A stretch of DNA of 64,000 bases from Vulcanimicrobiota bacterium (GTDB lineage: Bacteria; Vulcanimicrobiota; Xenobia; Xenobiales; JADMJV01). The position numbers and the translations under genes were made by a program. The notes under the pieces were generated by a model, which had not been told where the DNA came from, did not search any database, and saw only the letters and a list, made by a program, of their open reading frames with translations. The stretch is taken from NCBI GenBank assembly GCA_050250895.1, contig JBFWNU010000001.1, positions 1,160,008 through 1,224,007 on the forward strand, read 5' to 3'. This document shows positions 50,796 through 59,321 of the stretch, piece after piece (within the stretch, counting starts at the first letter, position 1; every line of letters begins with the position of its first letter).

Positions 50796-51833
50796 ATGAA
50801 GAGGATTATTCTGGCTTTATTACTGGCTTTGACCGGCTGGGGCTGGTGCTACCAGCGGGAGATCGTGGTAGTGCCGGGGAGTGCCCCCGGCGCTGCCGAG
50901 GTAGCGTCCGAGTTGACCCGGCTTCTGGCCTCGGGACCACCCCTGACTCTGTTCGGCGAAGCCGTGTCCTGGAAGGTTCTCGGGCCTGGCCAGGGGCTGC
51001 TGACCCCCACCGACAGCACCCAGTTGGCGGTGGTTCGAGACGGTCAGGTGGTCGAGTGGCGCCACGAGGTGGACGAGCCTGGCTCGGCCCTGGGTTTGCT
51101 GACCTGGGCCTACGCCGACTCGACGACCACCGCCCCCACCATTCAACAGGCCGAGGTGGTGCCCTCGCGGGCTGGGCCGCTGGTGGCGGGCGACCATCTC
51201 GAGGTCAGCGCCGTGGCCTCTCCGGGGGCGACGGGTTCGGTCCGCATCGGGGGCCAGACCATCGAGTTAATCGAGATTGCCCCCGGCCTGTACCGGGGCA
51301 GCTATCCGGTGACGCCCGAAGACCGCACCGTGACCACCCCCGAGTTGACCCTGACCTGGCCTGACCAGCAAAGCCAGAGCCGCACCCTGACGACCGTCGA
51401 ATTCGCGGGTCTGCAGCGGCCGGCGGTCGAGTCGATTGAACAGGTTGGGGTCAGCACCTGGCTGGTCAAAGGCCGGGCTCCGGCCGGTTCTCAGGTGAAG
51501 GCGGCCTTCGTCATTCCCCTGGGCGGGCTGCTCTGGCAGGATGTGCTCAAGCGTAACTACGAGGTAGAGGCCGACGAGACCGGTCGTTTCGAGTTCCTTG
51601 CTCCTCTGGGCACCTTGACCAGTTCACCCACCGGCACGGTGGCCGTGACGGCCGTGGACCCGGCCGGCTATCAGGTGGTGGGCGAAGAGACCTCACACAA
51701 GTTCGTATCGCAAATTCGCTACGACTACTACAGCGCGCCGCCGTTCTATCCCAACCGCAGCTTCTATTACAATCGCTGGGGTTACGGCTATCCGATCTAT
51801 TACCGCCCTCGCCCCAACTGCCGCCGAAGGTAG
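50796..51833 (+). CDS. Secreted hypothetical protein with Ig-like beta domains and a Tyr/Pro/Arg-rich tail
   Basis: Signal peptide; beta-rich body; tail YDYYSAPPFYPNRSFYYNRWGYGYPIYYRPRP. Confidence 0.7.
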   Translation: MKRIILALLLALTGWGWCYQREIVVVPGSAPGAAEVASELTRLLASGPPLTLFGEAVSWKVLGPGQGLLTPTDSTQLAVVRDGQVVEWRHEVDEPGSALGLLTWAYADSTTTAPTIQQAEVVPSRAGPLVAGDHLEVSAVASPGATGSVRIGGQTIELIEIAPGLYRGSYPVTPEDRTVTTPELTLTWPDQQSQSRTLTTVEFAGLQRPAVESIEQVGVSTWLVKGRAPAGSQVKAAFVIPLGGLLWQDVLKRNYEVEADETGRFEFLAPLGTLTSSPTGTVAVTAVDPAGYQVVGEETSHKFVSQIRYDYYSAPPFYPNRSFYYNRWGYGYPIYYRPRPNCRRR

Positions 51834-52601
51834 CTACATTCCCTTGATGTTGTAGCCGGCGTCGATGTAGAGGGTCTCGCCGGTGACGCCCGAGGCCAGG
51901 TCTGACAGCAGGAAGACGGCCGTCTTGCCGACTTCGGACGCATCGACATTGCGCTGCAGAGGGGCGAGCTTGGCGGCGTGGCTCATCATGTCGTTGAAGC
52001 CGCGAATGCCTTTGGCAGAAAGGGTTTTGACCGGCCCCGCCGAGACCGCGTTGACGCGGATGTTATCCGGGCCAAGGTCATTGGCCAGGTAGCGCACGCT
52101 GGCTTCGAGGGCGGCTTTGGCCACGCCCATGACGTTGTAGTTCTGAACCACTTTTTGCGAGCCGTAATAGGTCAGGGTGATGATGCTGCCCCCCTCGGTC
52201 ATTAGGGGAGCAACGGCGCGGCTGAGGGCCACCAGCGAGTAGGCGCTCACCTCGAGAGCGGTGCGAAAACCTTCGCGTGACGTGTCGGCGAACCGGCCTT
52301 GAAGGTCTTCGCGCTGAGCGAAGGCCACGGCATGGACCAGAAAGTCGAGTTTGCCCCAGCTGCTCTTGAGGGTCTCGCAGACAGCCGCGATCTGCTGGTC
52401 GTCGTTGACATCACATGGCAGAACGTGGGGAGCGCCGAGTTGTTCAGCCAGCGGGCGAACACGCTTCTCGAGGGCCTCGTTGAGATAGGTGAAGGCGAGT
52501 TCGGCGCCCTGCTTGTGCGCCTCCTGGGCGATGGCCCAGGCGATGGAATTGGCATTGGCGACGCCAACGATCAAGCCTTTTTTATTTGCTAGCAAACTCA
52601 T
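51834..52601 (-). CDS. fabI: Enoyl-ACP reductase FabI
   Basis: GVANANSIAWAIA, YNVMGVAKAALE, VNAVSAGPVKT. Confidence 0.96.
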   Translation of the reverse strand: MSLLANKKGLIVGVANANSIAWAIAQEAHKQGAELAFTYLNEALEKRVRPLAEQLGAPHVLPCDVNDDQQIAAVCETLKSSWGKLDFLVHAVAFAQREDLQGRFADTSREGFRTALEVSAYSLVALSRAVAPLMTEGGSIITLTYYGSQKVVQNYNVMGVAKAALEASVRYLANDLGPDNIRVNAVSAGPVKTLSAKGIRGFNDMMSHAAKLAPLQRNVDASEVGKTAVFLLSDLASGVTGETLYIDAGYNIKGM

Positions 52602-52636
52602 AGCGACGACCCTTCGCAAAGGTCGCTATGAACCCT

Positions 52637-53134
52637 TCAGAAGTCGTCGGGGCCGGTGATCAGGAAGCCGCCGCCGAGGTTGATGGCTTCCAGGCATTCT
52701 TCCAGGTCGGGCAGGCGGCGAGGCTGAAGGGGCAGGTGCATCGGCTCGCCCATGGGACCTTCGAGCTCGATGATATGGTTGCCCTGGCGCTGGAGTCTGA
52801 CGCCAAGAATGCGGGTGGGGGCCACCGCTTGCAGGGGTGAAATCTGGATGAAGACGCCGGCCTTGTTGGCCTTTTCGAGCGCCTCATGCAGGCTCGGAGC
52901 GTCGAGGTCGTGGAAGGGGCCACGAAGCGTGTGCCAGGTGGCTTTGCCCGGTTGTTGCTCTTCGAGATAGACGACCTCTTCGGCGTCGACCCGAATCCAG
53001 TGGTCGGGTGACAGCTTCAGCATTCGGGGCTTCATCTTGACCCGGCCGCGGATTTCGAGCCCGGAGACGGTTTCTTCAAAAGAACCGAACCAGATTCGTC
53101 GTCCCGGGTGGCGGTCGGATTCGAATTTAAACAT
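52637..53134 (-). CDS. Hypothetical protein, degenerate stand-alone LytTR-like domain
   Basis: EEVVYLEE...WHT...SLHEALEK...FIQIS...IELE...LPLQPRRLPDL follows the LytTR pattern; the basic FxRxHRS motif is lost. Confidence 0.55.
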   Translation of the reverse strand: MFKFESDRHPGRRIWFGSFEETVSGLEIRGRVKMKPRMLKLSPDHWIRVDAEEVVYLEEQQPGKATWHTLRGPFHDLDAPSLHEALEKANKAGVFIQISPLQAVAPTRILGVRLQRQGNHIIELEGPMGEPMHLPLQPRRLPDLEECLEAINLGGGFLITGPDDF

Positions 53135-53247
53135 GCTGCCCCCTCTCTCCACTAGATTGGCCGTTGCCAAGTCTATACAGTCTTGTCAAGTCAGGTCAAT
53201 ACCTTTTTGGGGAGGATTTCCTAGAAGATACAAGAGAATTGCGGCAA

Positions 53248-54618
53248 GTGTCATATCAAGCCTACCTGGATAGCCATCAAGATCGCTTTCTCGACGAACT
53301 CATCGAGTTCGTGAAGATCCCCAGTGTTTCTACCGATTCACGCTACAAAGCCGAGATTCGGCGAGCCGCCGAACTGGTCTCGGACCACTGTCGCCGTTCG
53401 GGCCTCGAGCCCCGCCTTCTCGAGACCCCGGGACACCCGGCCGTGGTGGCCCGTGGGCCGGTGGTCGAAGGCAAACCTCACCTGCTAATCTACGGACACT
53501 ACGACGTGCAGCCGGCCGAGGATGTCGAGTTGTGGCAGTCGGGACCGTTCGAGCCCGAGGTTCGCGACCACCGCCTCTATGGCCGCGGGGCCAGCGACAA
53601 TAAGGGCCAGATTCTTGCTCACCTGCTGGCTCTCGAGGCCCTTCATAACAATGGTGGACTGCCGGTCAATGTGACCGTGCTGGTCGAGGGCGAAGAAGAG
53701 ATCGGCAGCCCGAGCCTGCCGGCCCTGCTCGAAGAGCACCGGTCCGAGTTCCAGTGCGACCTGGCCCTGGTCTCGGATACCTCGACGGCGGTCAAGGGCT
53801 ATCCCACCGTCCACTACAGTTTGCGAGGTATCGTCATCTGCGAGGTCCAACTGAGGGTGGCCTCCCGAGATATTCACTCCGGCGTTTTTGGGGGAACCAC
53901 CGAAAATGCCGTCCGAGCGCTCACTCGTATGTGTGCCCGCCTGCATGACGACCAGTTGCGGGTGACGGTGCCCGGTTTTTATGATGATGTGCTCGAGCCC
54001 CAGCCGTGGGAGCTCGACAATCTTGACCGGCTGCCTTTCGACGAAGCAGCCTACCTGGAGTGGATCGGGGCCTCGGAGCCGATTGGAGAGGCCGGCTACA
54101 GCACCAATCAACGGCGCTGGTTCCGCCCGACCCTGGAGTGTAACGGCATCTATGGAGGTTATCAGGGCGAGGGCAGCAAGACTATCGTGCCCGCCCTGGC
54201 CGGCGCCAAGTTCAGTGCCCGCCTGGTGGCCAATCAAAAGCCGGACTATGTGCTGGGCTGTCTCAAGCGTTGGTTTGAAGAGAACTGTCCGGCGGGTTGT
54301 GAGTTGACCTTCCGTTCGGGGGATCAGGGGCCGCCCTATCTATTGAGTCGCGAAGGCGAGGGCGAACGGTATCTCGCCCTGGCCGGCCGGGCCATTTCGG
54401 CGGCCTTTGGCAAAGAGCCGCTCTTTTGTCGGCACGGTGGGGCGATTCCCATCGTGAGTGGGTTCGAGACCATTCTCGGGGTCAAGACACTCCTGATGGG
54501 CCTGGGCAGCCCCGACGATGCGATCCATTCTCACAACGAGAAGTTCGAACTGGCTAACTTTTTCGCGGGGATGAGGATGTCGGCGGAGTTTCTTTCCGGG
54601 TTGGCCTCACTATCTTGA
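53248..54618 (+). CDS. M20/DapE-family dipeptidase
   Basis: IPSVS, YGHYDVQP, GRGASDNKGQ, EGEEEIGS, HSHNEKF. Confidence 0.93.
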   Translation: MSYQAYLDSHQDRFLDELIEFVKIPSVSTDSRYKAEIRRAAELVSDHCRRSGLEPRLLETPGHPAVVARGPVVEGKPHLLIYGHYDVQPAEDVELWQSGPFEPEVRDHRLYGRGASDNKGQILAHLLALEALHNNGGLPVNVTVLVEGEEEIGSPSLPALLEEHRSEFQCDLALVSDTSTAVKGYPTVHYSLRGIVICEVQLRVASRDIHSGVFGGTTENAVRALTRMCARLHDDQLRVTVPGFYDDVLEPQPWELDNLDRLPFDEAAYLEWIGASEPIGEAGYSTNQRRWFRPTLECNGIYGGYQGEGSKTIVPALAGAKFSARLVANQKPDYVLGCLKRWFEENCPAGCELTFRSGDQGPPYLLSREGEGERYLALAGRAISAAFGKEPLFCRHGGAIPIVSGFETILGVKTLLMGLGSPDDAIHSHNEKFELANFFAGMRMSAEFLSGLASLS

Positions 54619-55768
54619 AGGTCATGACTTCCCCGGCCGAGGTGCCCAGCACCACCAGGTTGTTGGCTGCCACGGGTCCGGCGGTGGGGGTAGCCGCCAG
54701 GGGCAAGTCGGCCAGTTCGCGGCCGCTCTGACTATCTAATAGGTGCAAGGATTGATCCGCCACCACCGCTACCCCCTCGAGGTTGGGGGTAAGGGCCACT
54801 GGCGAGGCCACCGAATCGAAGTGGCGAACCCAGCGCAGGGCGGCTGTGCGGGGGTCAAGGCACAGCACCTGGTGGCGGGTAGCCACCAGCAGGAGATTTT
54901 CGCTCATGACGGGCTGGCAGAGCGTCAACCCGCCCGGACTGTAAAGGCTCTGGGTGTCGGCTACCTGCAGGCGCCAGCCCTGGCTGCCCAGGGGCGGGTT
55001 CAGGGAGAGTGCATAAAGCTCGCCGCCCAGAGTCATCACGGCGAGCTGGCCGCCGGCCTGGCGCGGGGGCGTGATCAGATTGTGGCGGCTGGGAAAATTG
55101 ATCGACCGCGGCTCGCCCACCTGACGGAGTGCCAGCTCTCGCAGGCGATAGCGCTCGTAATGGCGAGGATTCTTGGTGGCCACTTTCCATAGTTCGCCGC
55201 GTTCGCTGGCTACGTATAGGAAAGTCCCGTTGAGCACGCTGGCGCTGAGAAAGCGGTCATCCCAGTTGAGGGGCAGACGAAAGCTGCTGAGCAACTTGCC
55301 ATCCAGGCTCAGGCGATGAAACCAGCCCCGCTCGTTAACGGCATAGATCGCTTCACTGTCGAAGGCGGGTCGTAAGGGGCCCTCGAGTTCTGGGCTTGAG
55401 GGGCCGTGACTCCAGAGCAGGTCGCCGGTGTCTACGCGTAGCGCCACCAGGGTCGGGGTGGAGGGTTTGAGCAGGAACGATCGACCCGCGATGGCCGGAT
55501 CGGTCTGGGGAGGAGCGCCGATTCTTCGCACCCACAGCGGTTGTCCCACGGCCGAGTTGAAGGCGGTCAAATCGTAAGAATGAGACGATCCGGCCAGGAT
55601 GATGCCTTGTTCTGTCAGGCTCAAGGTGGTGACCGGACCGCCCAGCCGGCTGGTCCAACCTGCTTCGAGGGTTTCGGCTTTGGCACCCGAGGTAAATGCT
55701 ATCAGCAGGAAGCCCAGCAGGGCGAGACAGCGTGACCTAGAATCTTTTTCATCACTTGCGGGTTTCAA
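54554..55768 (-). CDS. Secreted PQQ-like beta-propeller protein (BamB-like)
   Basis: Hydrophobic signal-like N-terminus; repeated blade motifs (ALRVDTGDLLW, CLDPRTAALRW, LLDSQSGRE); divergent from bamA. Confidence 0.7.
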   Translation of the reverse strand: MKPASDEKDSRSRCLALLGFLLIAFTSGAKAETLEAGWTSRLGGPVTTLSLTEQGIILAGSSHSYDLTAFNSAVGQPLWVRRIGAPPQTDPAIAGRSFLLKPSTPTLVALRVDTGDLLWSHGPSSPELEGPLRPAFDSEAIYAVNERGWFHRLSLDGKLLSSFRLPLNWDDRFLSASVLNGTFLYVASERGELWKVATKNPRHYERYRLRELALRQVGEPRSINFPSRHNLITPPRQAGGQLAVMTLGGELYALSLNPPLGSQGWRLQVADTQSLYSPGGLTLCQPVMSENLLLVATRHQVLCLDPRTAALRWVRHFDSVASPVALTPNLEGVAVVADQSLHLLDSQSGRELADLPLAATPTAGPVAANNLVVLGTSAGEVMTFKIVRPTRKETPPTSSSPRKS

Positions 55769-55836
55769 GTTTGAAATCGGTTCGTCACTGACCGGTTGAA
55801 CCCTGGCGGGGTGCGATTCCGAACGTCTGCTCGGGC

Positions 55837-55865
55837 TTGATCCGAAGGAGTGTTAGCCATACAAT
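55837..55865 (+). promoter_or_regulatory. Sigma70-type promoter of the bamA operon
   Basis: TTGATC-17 nt-TACAAT about 110 nt upstream of the AGGAGG RBS and ATG. Confidence 0.65.
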
Positions 55866-55977
55866 GGGCTTTCTTCTGAGGCAAAGGACAAACTGGGTAC
55901 CCGTCGAACGACGGCCAGTTCTCAAGCCCCTGCAGTAGCGACAACGGTTCGCTCTCTCGCAAAATAGGAGGAGCTTT

Positions 55978-58356
55978 ATGCGACGGCGTTTTCGCCTGGC
56001 TTTTGCAATATGGATGGTGATCTCTCTCGGTGGAGCAGGGCTTGTCCTGGCTCAAGAGGGTGATCCCGGTGACGCGGCCGACGCCGTCAGAGAAGCTCTC
56101 TCGACAGCCGGACGTGCCGTCGAGGTGGTGGCTCAGGCTGGTGAAGCCGAGGCGGCCAGAACTTTTCGGGTCTCGGGCAAGGTGATCGGTCTCTCGGAAG
56201 AGAGTCTGGCCATTCAGGCGCGCGACCAGAAGAACCACGAGTTCAAGCTGACCAGTCCGGCCCCCGAGGGCGTCCAGGAGGGCAGTGAGGTCACGGTGTT
56301 CTTCACGGTGGGTGAGGGCGGCGAATTCACGGCCAACCAGGTGGCTCCGCTGACTGGCGAAGCGCCGGCCGACGAATTGCCGACGGCGACGGCCGCCGCC
56401 GCTCCCGCTCCCGAAGCGGGTGAGGAGGAGGGCCCCCCTCCCAGTTCGGCTCCTGATGTCGACACCACGCCCAGCGAGCGGCAGGCTCCCCGGATCGTCA
56501 ATATCGAGGTCGAGGGCAACACTCAGATCCCCGATGAAGAGATTCTGCAAGTGGTCTCGACCCGTATTGGTGACCCCCTGCTCGAGCCCCGCATCCGCCG
56601 CGACATGCAGGCCATCTTCGATCTCGGTTACTTCACCGATGTTCGCCTGGATACGCCTTTAGCCCCGGGCGGTCTGCGTTTGATCTTCCGGGTGCTCGAG
56701 AATCCCGAGGTGAAATCGGTTTCGATTCAGGGCAACGAGGTGGTCGAGACCGCCAAGTTGCTCGAGTTGATGAAGACCCAGCCGGGCAAGATTCTCAACA
56801 CCCGCACCGTTCATTCCGATATTCAGAACATCAACAAGTATTACAACGAAGATCTGGGCTATCTGCTCTCGCCCACCCACGTGACCAATCTGACCTTCGA
56901 AGACGGTGTGCTGGTTTTGACCGTGCGCGACGGTATCGTGGTCAGCAAGGTCAACATTGAAGGCGTGACCGTCTACCCCGAAGAGAAAGTGGCCAGTCTG
57001 GTGCGGGTCCGCCCGGGCGAGCTCTTCAACCAGAAGACGCTCGACGAAGACCTGGCCAAGATCGCCGAACTCTACGAGCAGGATCAGTGGGTGCTCGAAA
57101 CCGTCGCTCCCACCGTGAATCCCGAGACCGGCGAGGTCTCCTTGCGCGTGCTCGAAGCTACGGTTGAAGAGATTCGCGTCGAGGGTAATATCAAGACCAA
57201 GACCGACACCGTGTTGCGCAACCTGCGCACCAAGCCGGGTCAGGTCCTCAACCGTCGCAAGTTCCAGAAAGACCTCGAGCGGCTCAACAACCTTGGCTAC
57301 TTCAAAAAGGTCGACCCCAGTCCTCAGCCCGGCGCCGAGCCCGGCAAGCTGATTCTGGTGCTCGACGTTGAAGAGCAGAAGACCGGCCTGGCTACCATCG
57401 GTATCGGTTATGCCGGCGGCGGTGCCGGCGGTGTCCGAGCCGGTGTGACCGGTGCCATTTCGTTCTCTGATCGCAACCTGTTCGGCGAGGGCAAATCGGC
57501 CTCCATCCAGTGGCAGCGTGGCGCTCAGATTTCCAGTCTCGGTGCCAGCTATTTCGACCCGGCCATCAACGACAATCAGGATTCCCTCGGTGTGTCGATC
57601 TTTCGCAACGAAGTCGACTCGCTGCGCCAACCGGTGCTGGTCAACGGCGTGCAAGAGTTCGCTTTCTACGATGACCGTCGCCTCGGCGGCTCGGTAACCT
57701 ACGGGCATCCGCTCACCGATGACTTGCGCCTGTTCGGCACGGTGCGCCACGAGACTATCGAGATTTTGCAAAGCTCGGGTTCGACCTTCACCCCGGTCGG
57801 TCTGGGCAAAGGAACGCTCAACTCGCTGGGCGCCTCGGCCCTCTACGACACCCGCGACGACATCTTTAACCCCCACGTGGGTAGCTACGCCAACGGGGCG
57901 GTCAATGTGGCCGGTTTCGGCGGCGACTTCAACTTTACTAAGTACACCATCGAAGGGCGCCATTATGTGCCCCTCGGAGATAACCATACCATCGCCCTGC
58001 GCGGCTGGGCCGGCGTGCTGTCCGGAGACGCTCCCATTTCGGAGTTCTTCTTCGCCGGCGGCCCCGACACGCTGCGTGGCTATCAGCAGAACCAGTTCTT
58101 CGGAACCCGCTTCCTGGTAGCTAACGCCGAATATCGCTTCCCCATCGGAAACATCAAGTTCCTCCGGGGCGCGGTCTTCGTCGACGCGGGCAACGCCTGG
58201 ACTCCCGGTGACTTCAACGACGGCAAGATCTACGTTGACGGCGGCGTCGGCTTGCGCATCACTTTCCCGGCCCTGGGCCTGGGCGTGATTCGCGTCGACT
58301 ATGCCTTCGGTGAAGATGGTGGCCGCACTCAGATCGGTATCGGTCAGTCCTTCTAG
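55978..58356 (+). CDS. bamA: BamA/Omp85 outer membrane protein assembly factor (3 POTRA + N-terminal accessory domain)
   Basis: Signal peptide; three POTRA repeats (IEVEGN, VSIQGN/VNIEGV, IRVEGN region, with LGYF motifs); barrel motifs DRNLFGEG, GGPDTLRGY, NAEYRFP; C-terminal GIGQSF. The POTRA count may be 3-4. Confidence 0.93.
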   Translation: MRRRFRLAFAIWMVISLGGAGLVLAQEGDPGDAADAVREALSTAGRAVEVVAQAGEAEAARTFRVSGKVIGLSEESLAIQARDQKNHEFKLTSPAPEGVQEGSEVTVFFTVGEGGEFTANQVAPLTGEAPADELPTATAAAAPAPEAGEEEGPPPSSAPDVDTTPSERQAPRIVNIEVEGNTQIPDEEILQVVSTRIGDPLLEPRIRRDMQAIFDLGYFTDVRLDTPLAPGGLRLIFRVLENPEVKSVSIQGNEVVETAKLLELMKTQPGKILNTRTVHSDIQNINKYYNEDLGYLLSPTHVTNLTFEDGVLVLTVRDGIVVSKVNIEGVTVYPEEKVASLVRVRPGELFNQKTLDEDLAKIAELYEQDQWVLETVAPTVNPETGEVSLRVLEATVEEIRVEGNIKTKTDTVLRNLRTKPGQVLNRRKFQKDLERLNNLGYFKKVDPSPQPGAEPGKLILVLDVEEQKTGLATIGIGYAGGGAGGVRAGVTGAISFSDRNLFGEGKSASIQWQRGAQISSLGASYFDPAINDNQDSLGVSIFRNEVDSLRQPVLVNGVQEFAFYDDRRLGGSVTYGHPLTDDLRLFGTVRHETIEILQSSGSTFTPVGLGKGTLNSLGASALYDTRDDIFNPHVGSYANGAVNVAGFGGDFNFTKYTIEGRHYVPLGDNHTIALRGWAGVLSGDAPISEFFFAGGPDTLRGYQQNQFFGTRFLVANAEYRFPIGNIKFLRGAVFVDAGNAWTPGDFNDGKIYVDGGVGLRITFPALGLGVIRVDYAFGEDGGRTQIGIGQSF

Positions 58357-58378
58357 GAAGAAACGGAAAAGGGATAGC

Positions 58379-58400
58379 GACCCTCCCCCTGGGGAGGGTC
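58379..58400. other. Strong intergenic hairpin between bamA and the first Skp gene
   Basis: GACCCTCCC-CCTG-GGGAGGGTC perfect 9-bp stem with no U-tract. Confidence 0.7.
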
Positions 58401-58421
58401 TGAATTGGAGGCAAACTCCTG

Positions 58422-59321
58422 ATGTCAAATCAGCTCAAGAAACAAAATTTGCTGCGCGGCGGGTTGCTGTCGGTGATGCTGGCTCTGGTGGCCCTTGGCC
58501 TGACCGGTTGCCCGGGCGCCACCAAAGCTCCCGTCGACAAGGTAGTCTCGCTCGACGAGCAGGCCATCTATGATCTGCCGGCCTTCAAAAAGGCCGAAGA
58601 GGACCTCAAGAAGTGGGTCGAAGACGAGCGCAAGAAGCTCGAGAAGAAAGCCGAAGGCAAGAACGATGAAGAGCGAAACCAGCTTGCCGCGCAGTTTCAG
58701 GTCGACGTCCAGAAGAAGACCAACGAGACCCTGCAGCCCCTGAAGGTCAAGGCCGAGGCGGCCGTGGCCAAGGTGGCTCGCGACCAGGGTGCGCTGGTGG
58801 TGCTCGACAAGAAGATCGTGGTCTATGGCGTGAAAGAGGTCACCGAAGACGTGACCAAGTTGCTCGAAAGTGGCGAAGAGATCAAACTGCCCGAAGAGCA
58901 AGACACCCAGGGCGCTCCCATCGGTTATTTCGACCAGGCGGTGGTGCGTAGTCTCAAAGTCTTCCAGGAGGCCGACCTCGAGCTGGCCCAGTATCGCAAC
59001 CAGTTGCTGATGGACCTCAAGAAAGAACTCAACGGCAAAGAGCCGAGCCCGTCCGAGGCCCAGGCCATTCAACGCAATTTGAGCCTCAAGCTCGAAGCCT
59101 TCCAGGAGCAGAAGATGGCTCCCTTGATCAAGGCGGTCAACGACTCGGTCAAAGAAGTGGCCGAGACCCAGGGCCTGTCGCTGGTCCTCGACAAGCAGCA
59201 TGTGATGTATGGTGGCAAGAACATGACCGAGGAAGTGGTCGACGCCTTCCTCAAGAAGGTGGCCCAGCCCGCTGGCGGAGAGACCCCGGCCGGCGAGGCA
59301 ACCCCCAAAGGCGGTGAGTAA
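58422..59321 (+). CDS. Tandem two-domain Skp/OmpH-like lipoprotein
   Basis: Lipobox LTGC; two Skp units ending VAKVARDQGALVVLDKKIVVYGVKEVTEDV and VKEVAETQGLSLVLDKQHVMYGGKNMTEEV. Confidence 0.85.
   Translation: MSNQLKKQNLLRGGLLSVMLALVALGLTGCPGATKAPVDKVVSLDEQAIYDLPAFKKAEEDLKKWVEDERKKLEKKAEGKNDEERNQLAAQFQVDVQKKTNETLQPLKVKAEAAVAKVARDQGALVVLDKKIVVYGVKEVTEDVTKLLESGEEIKLPEEQDTQGAPIGYFDQAVVRSLKVFQEADLELAQYRNQLLMDLKKELNGKEPSPSEAQAIQRNLSLKLEAFQEQKMAPLIKAVNDSVKEVAETQGLSLVLDKQHVMYGGKNMTEEVVDAFLKKVAQPAGGETPAGEATPKGGE

Noticed and set aside
47155-51833. Genomic island integrated at the tRNA cluster
   Set aside because: No integrase, no att-like duplication of a tRNA 3' end, and no compositional shift seen.
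56659-58428. 589-aa antisense ORF opposite bamA
   Set aside because: Mirror-frame artefact of a strongly biased gene; no protein-like features.
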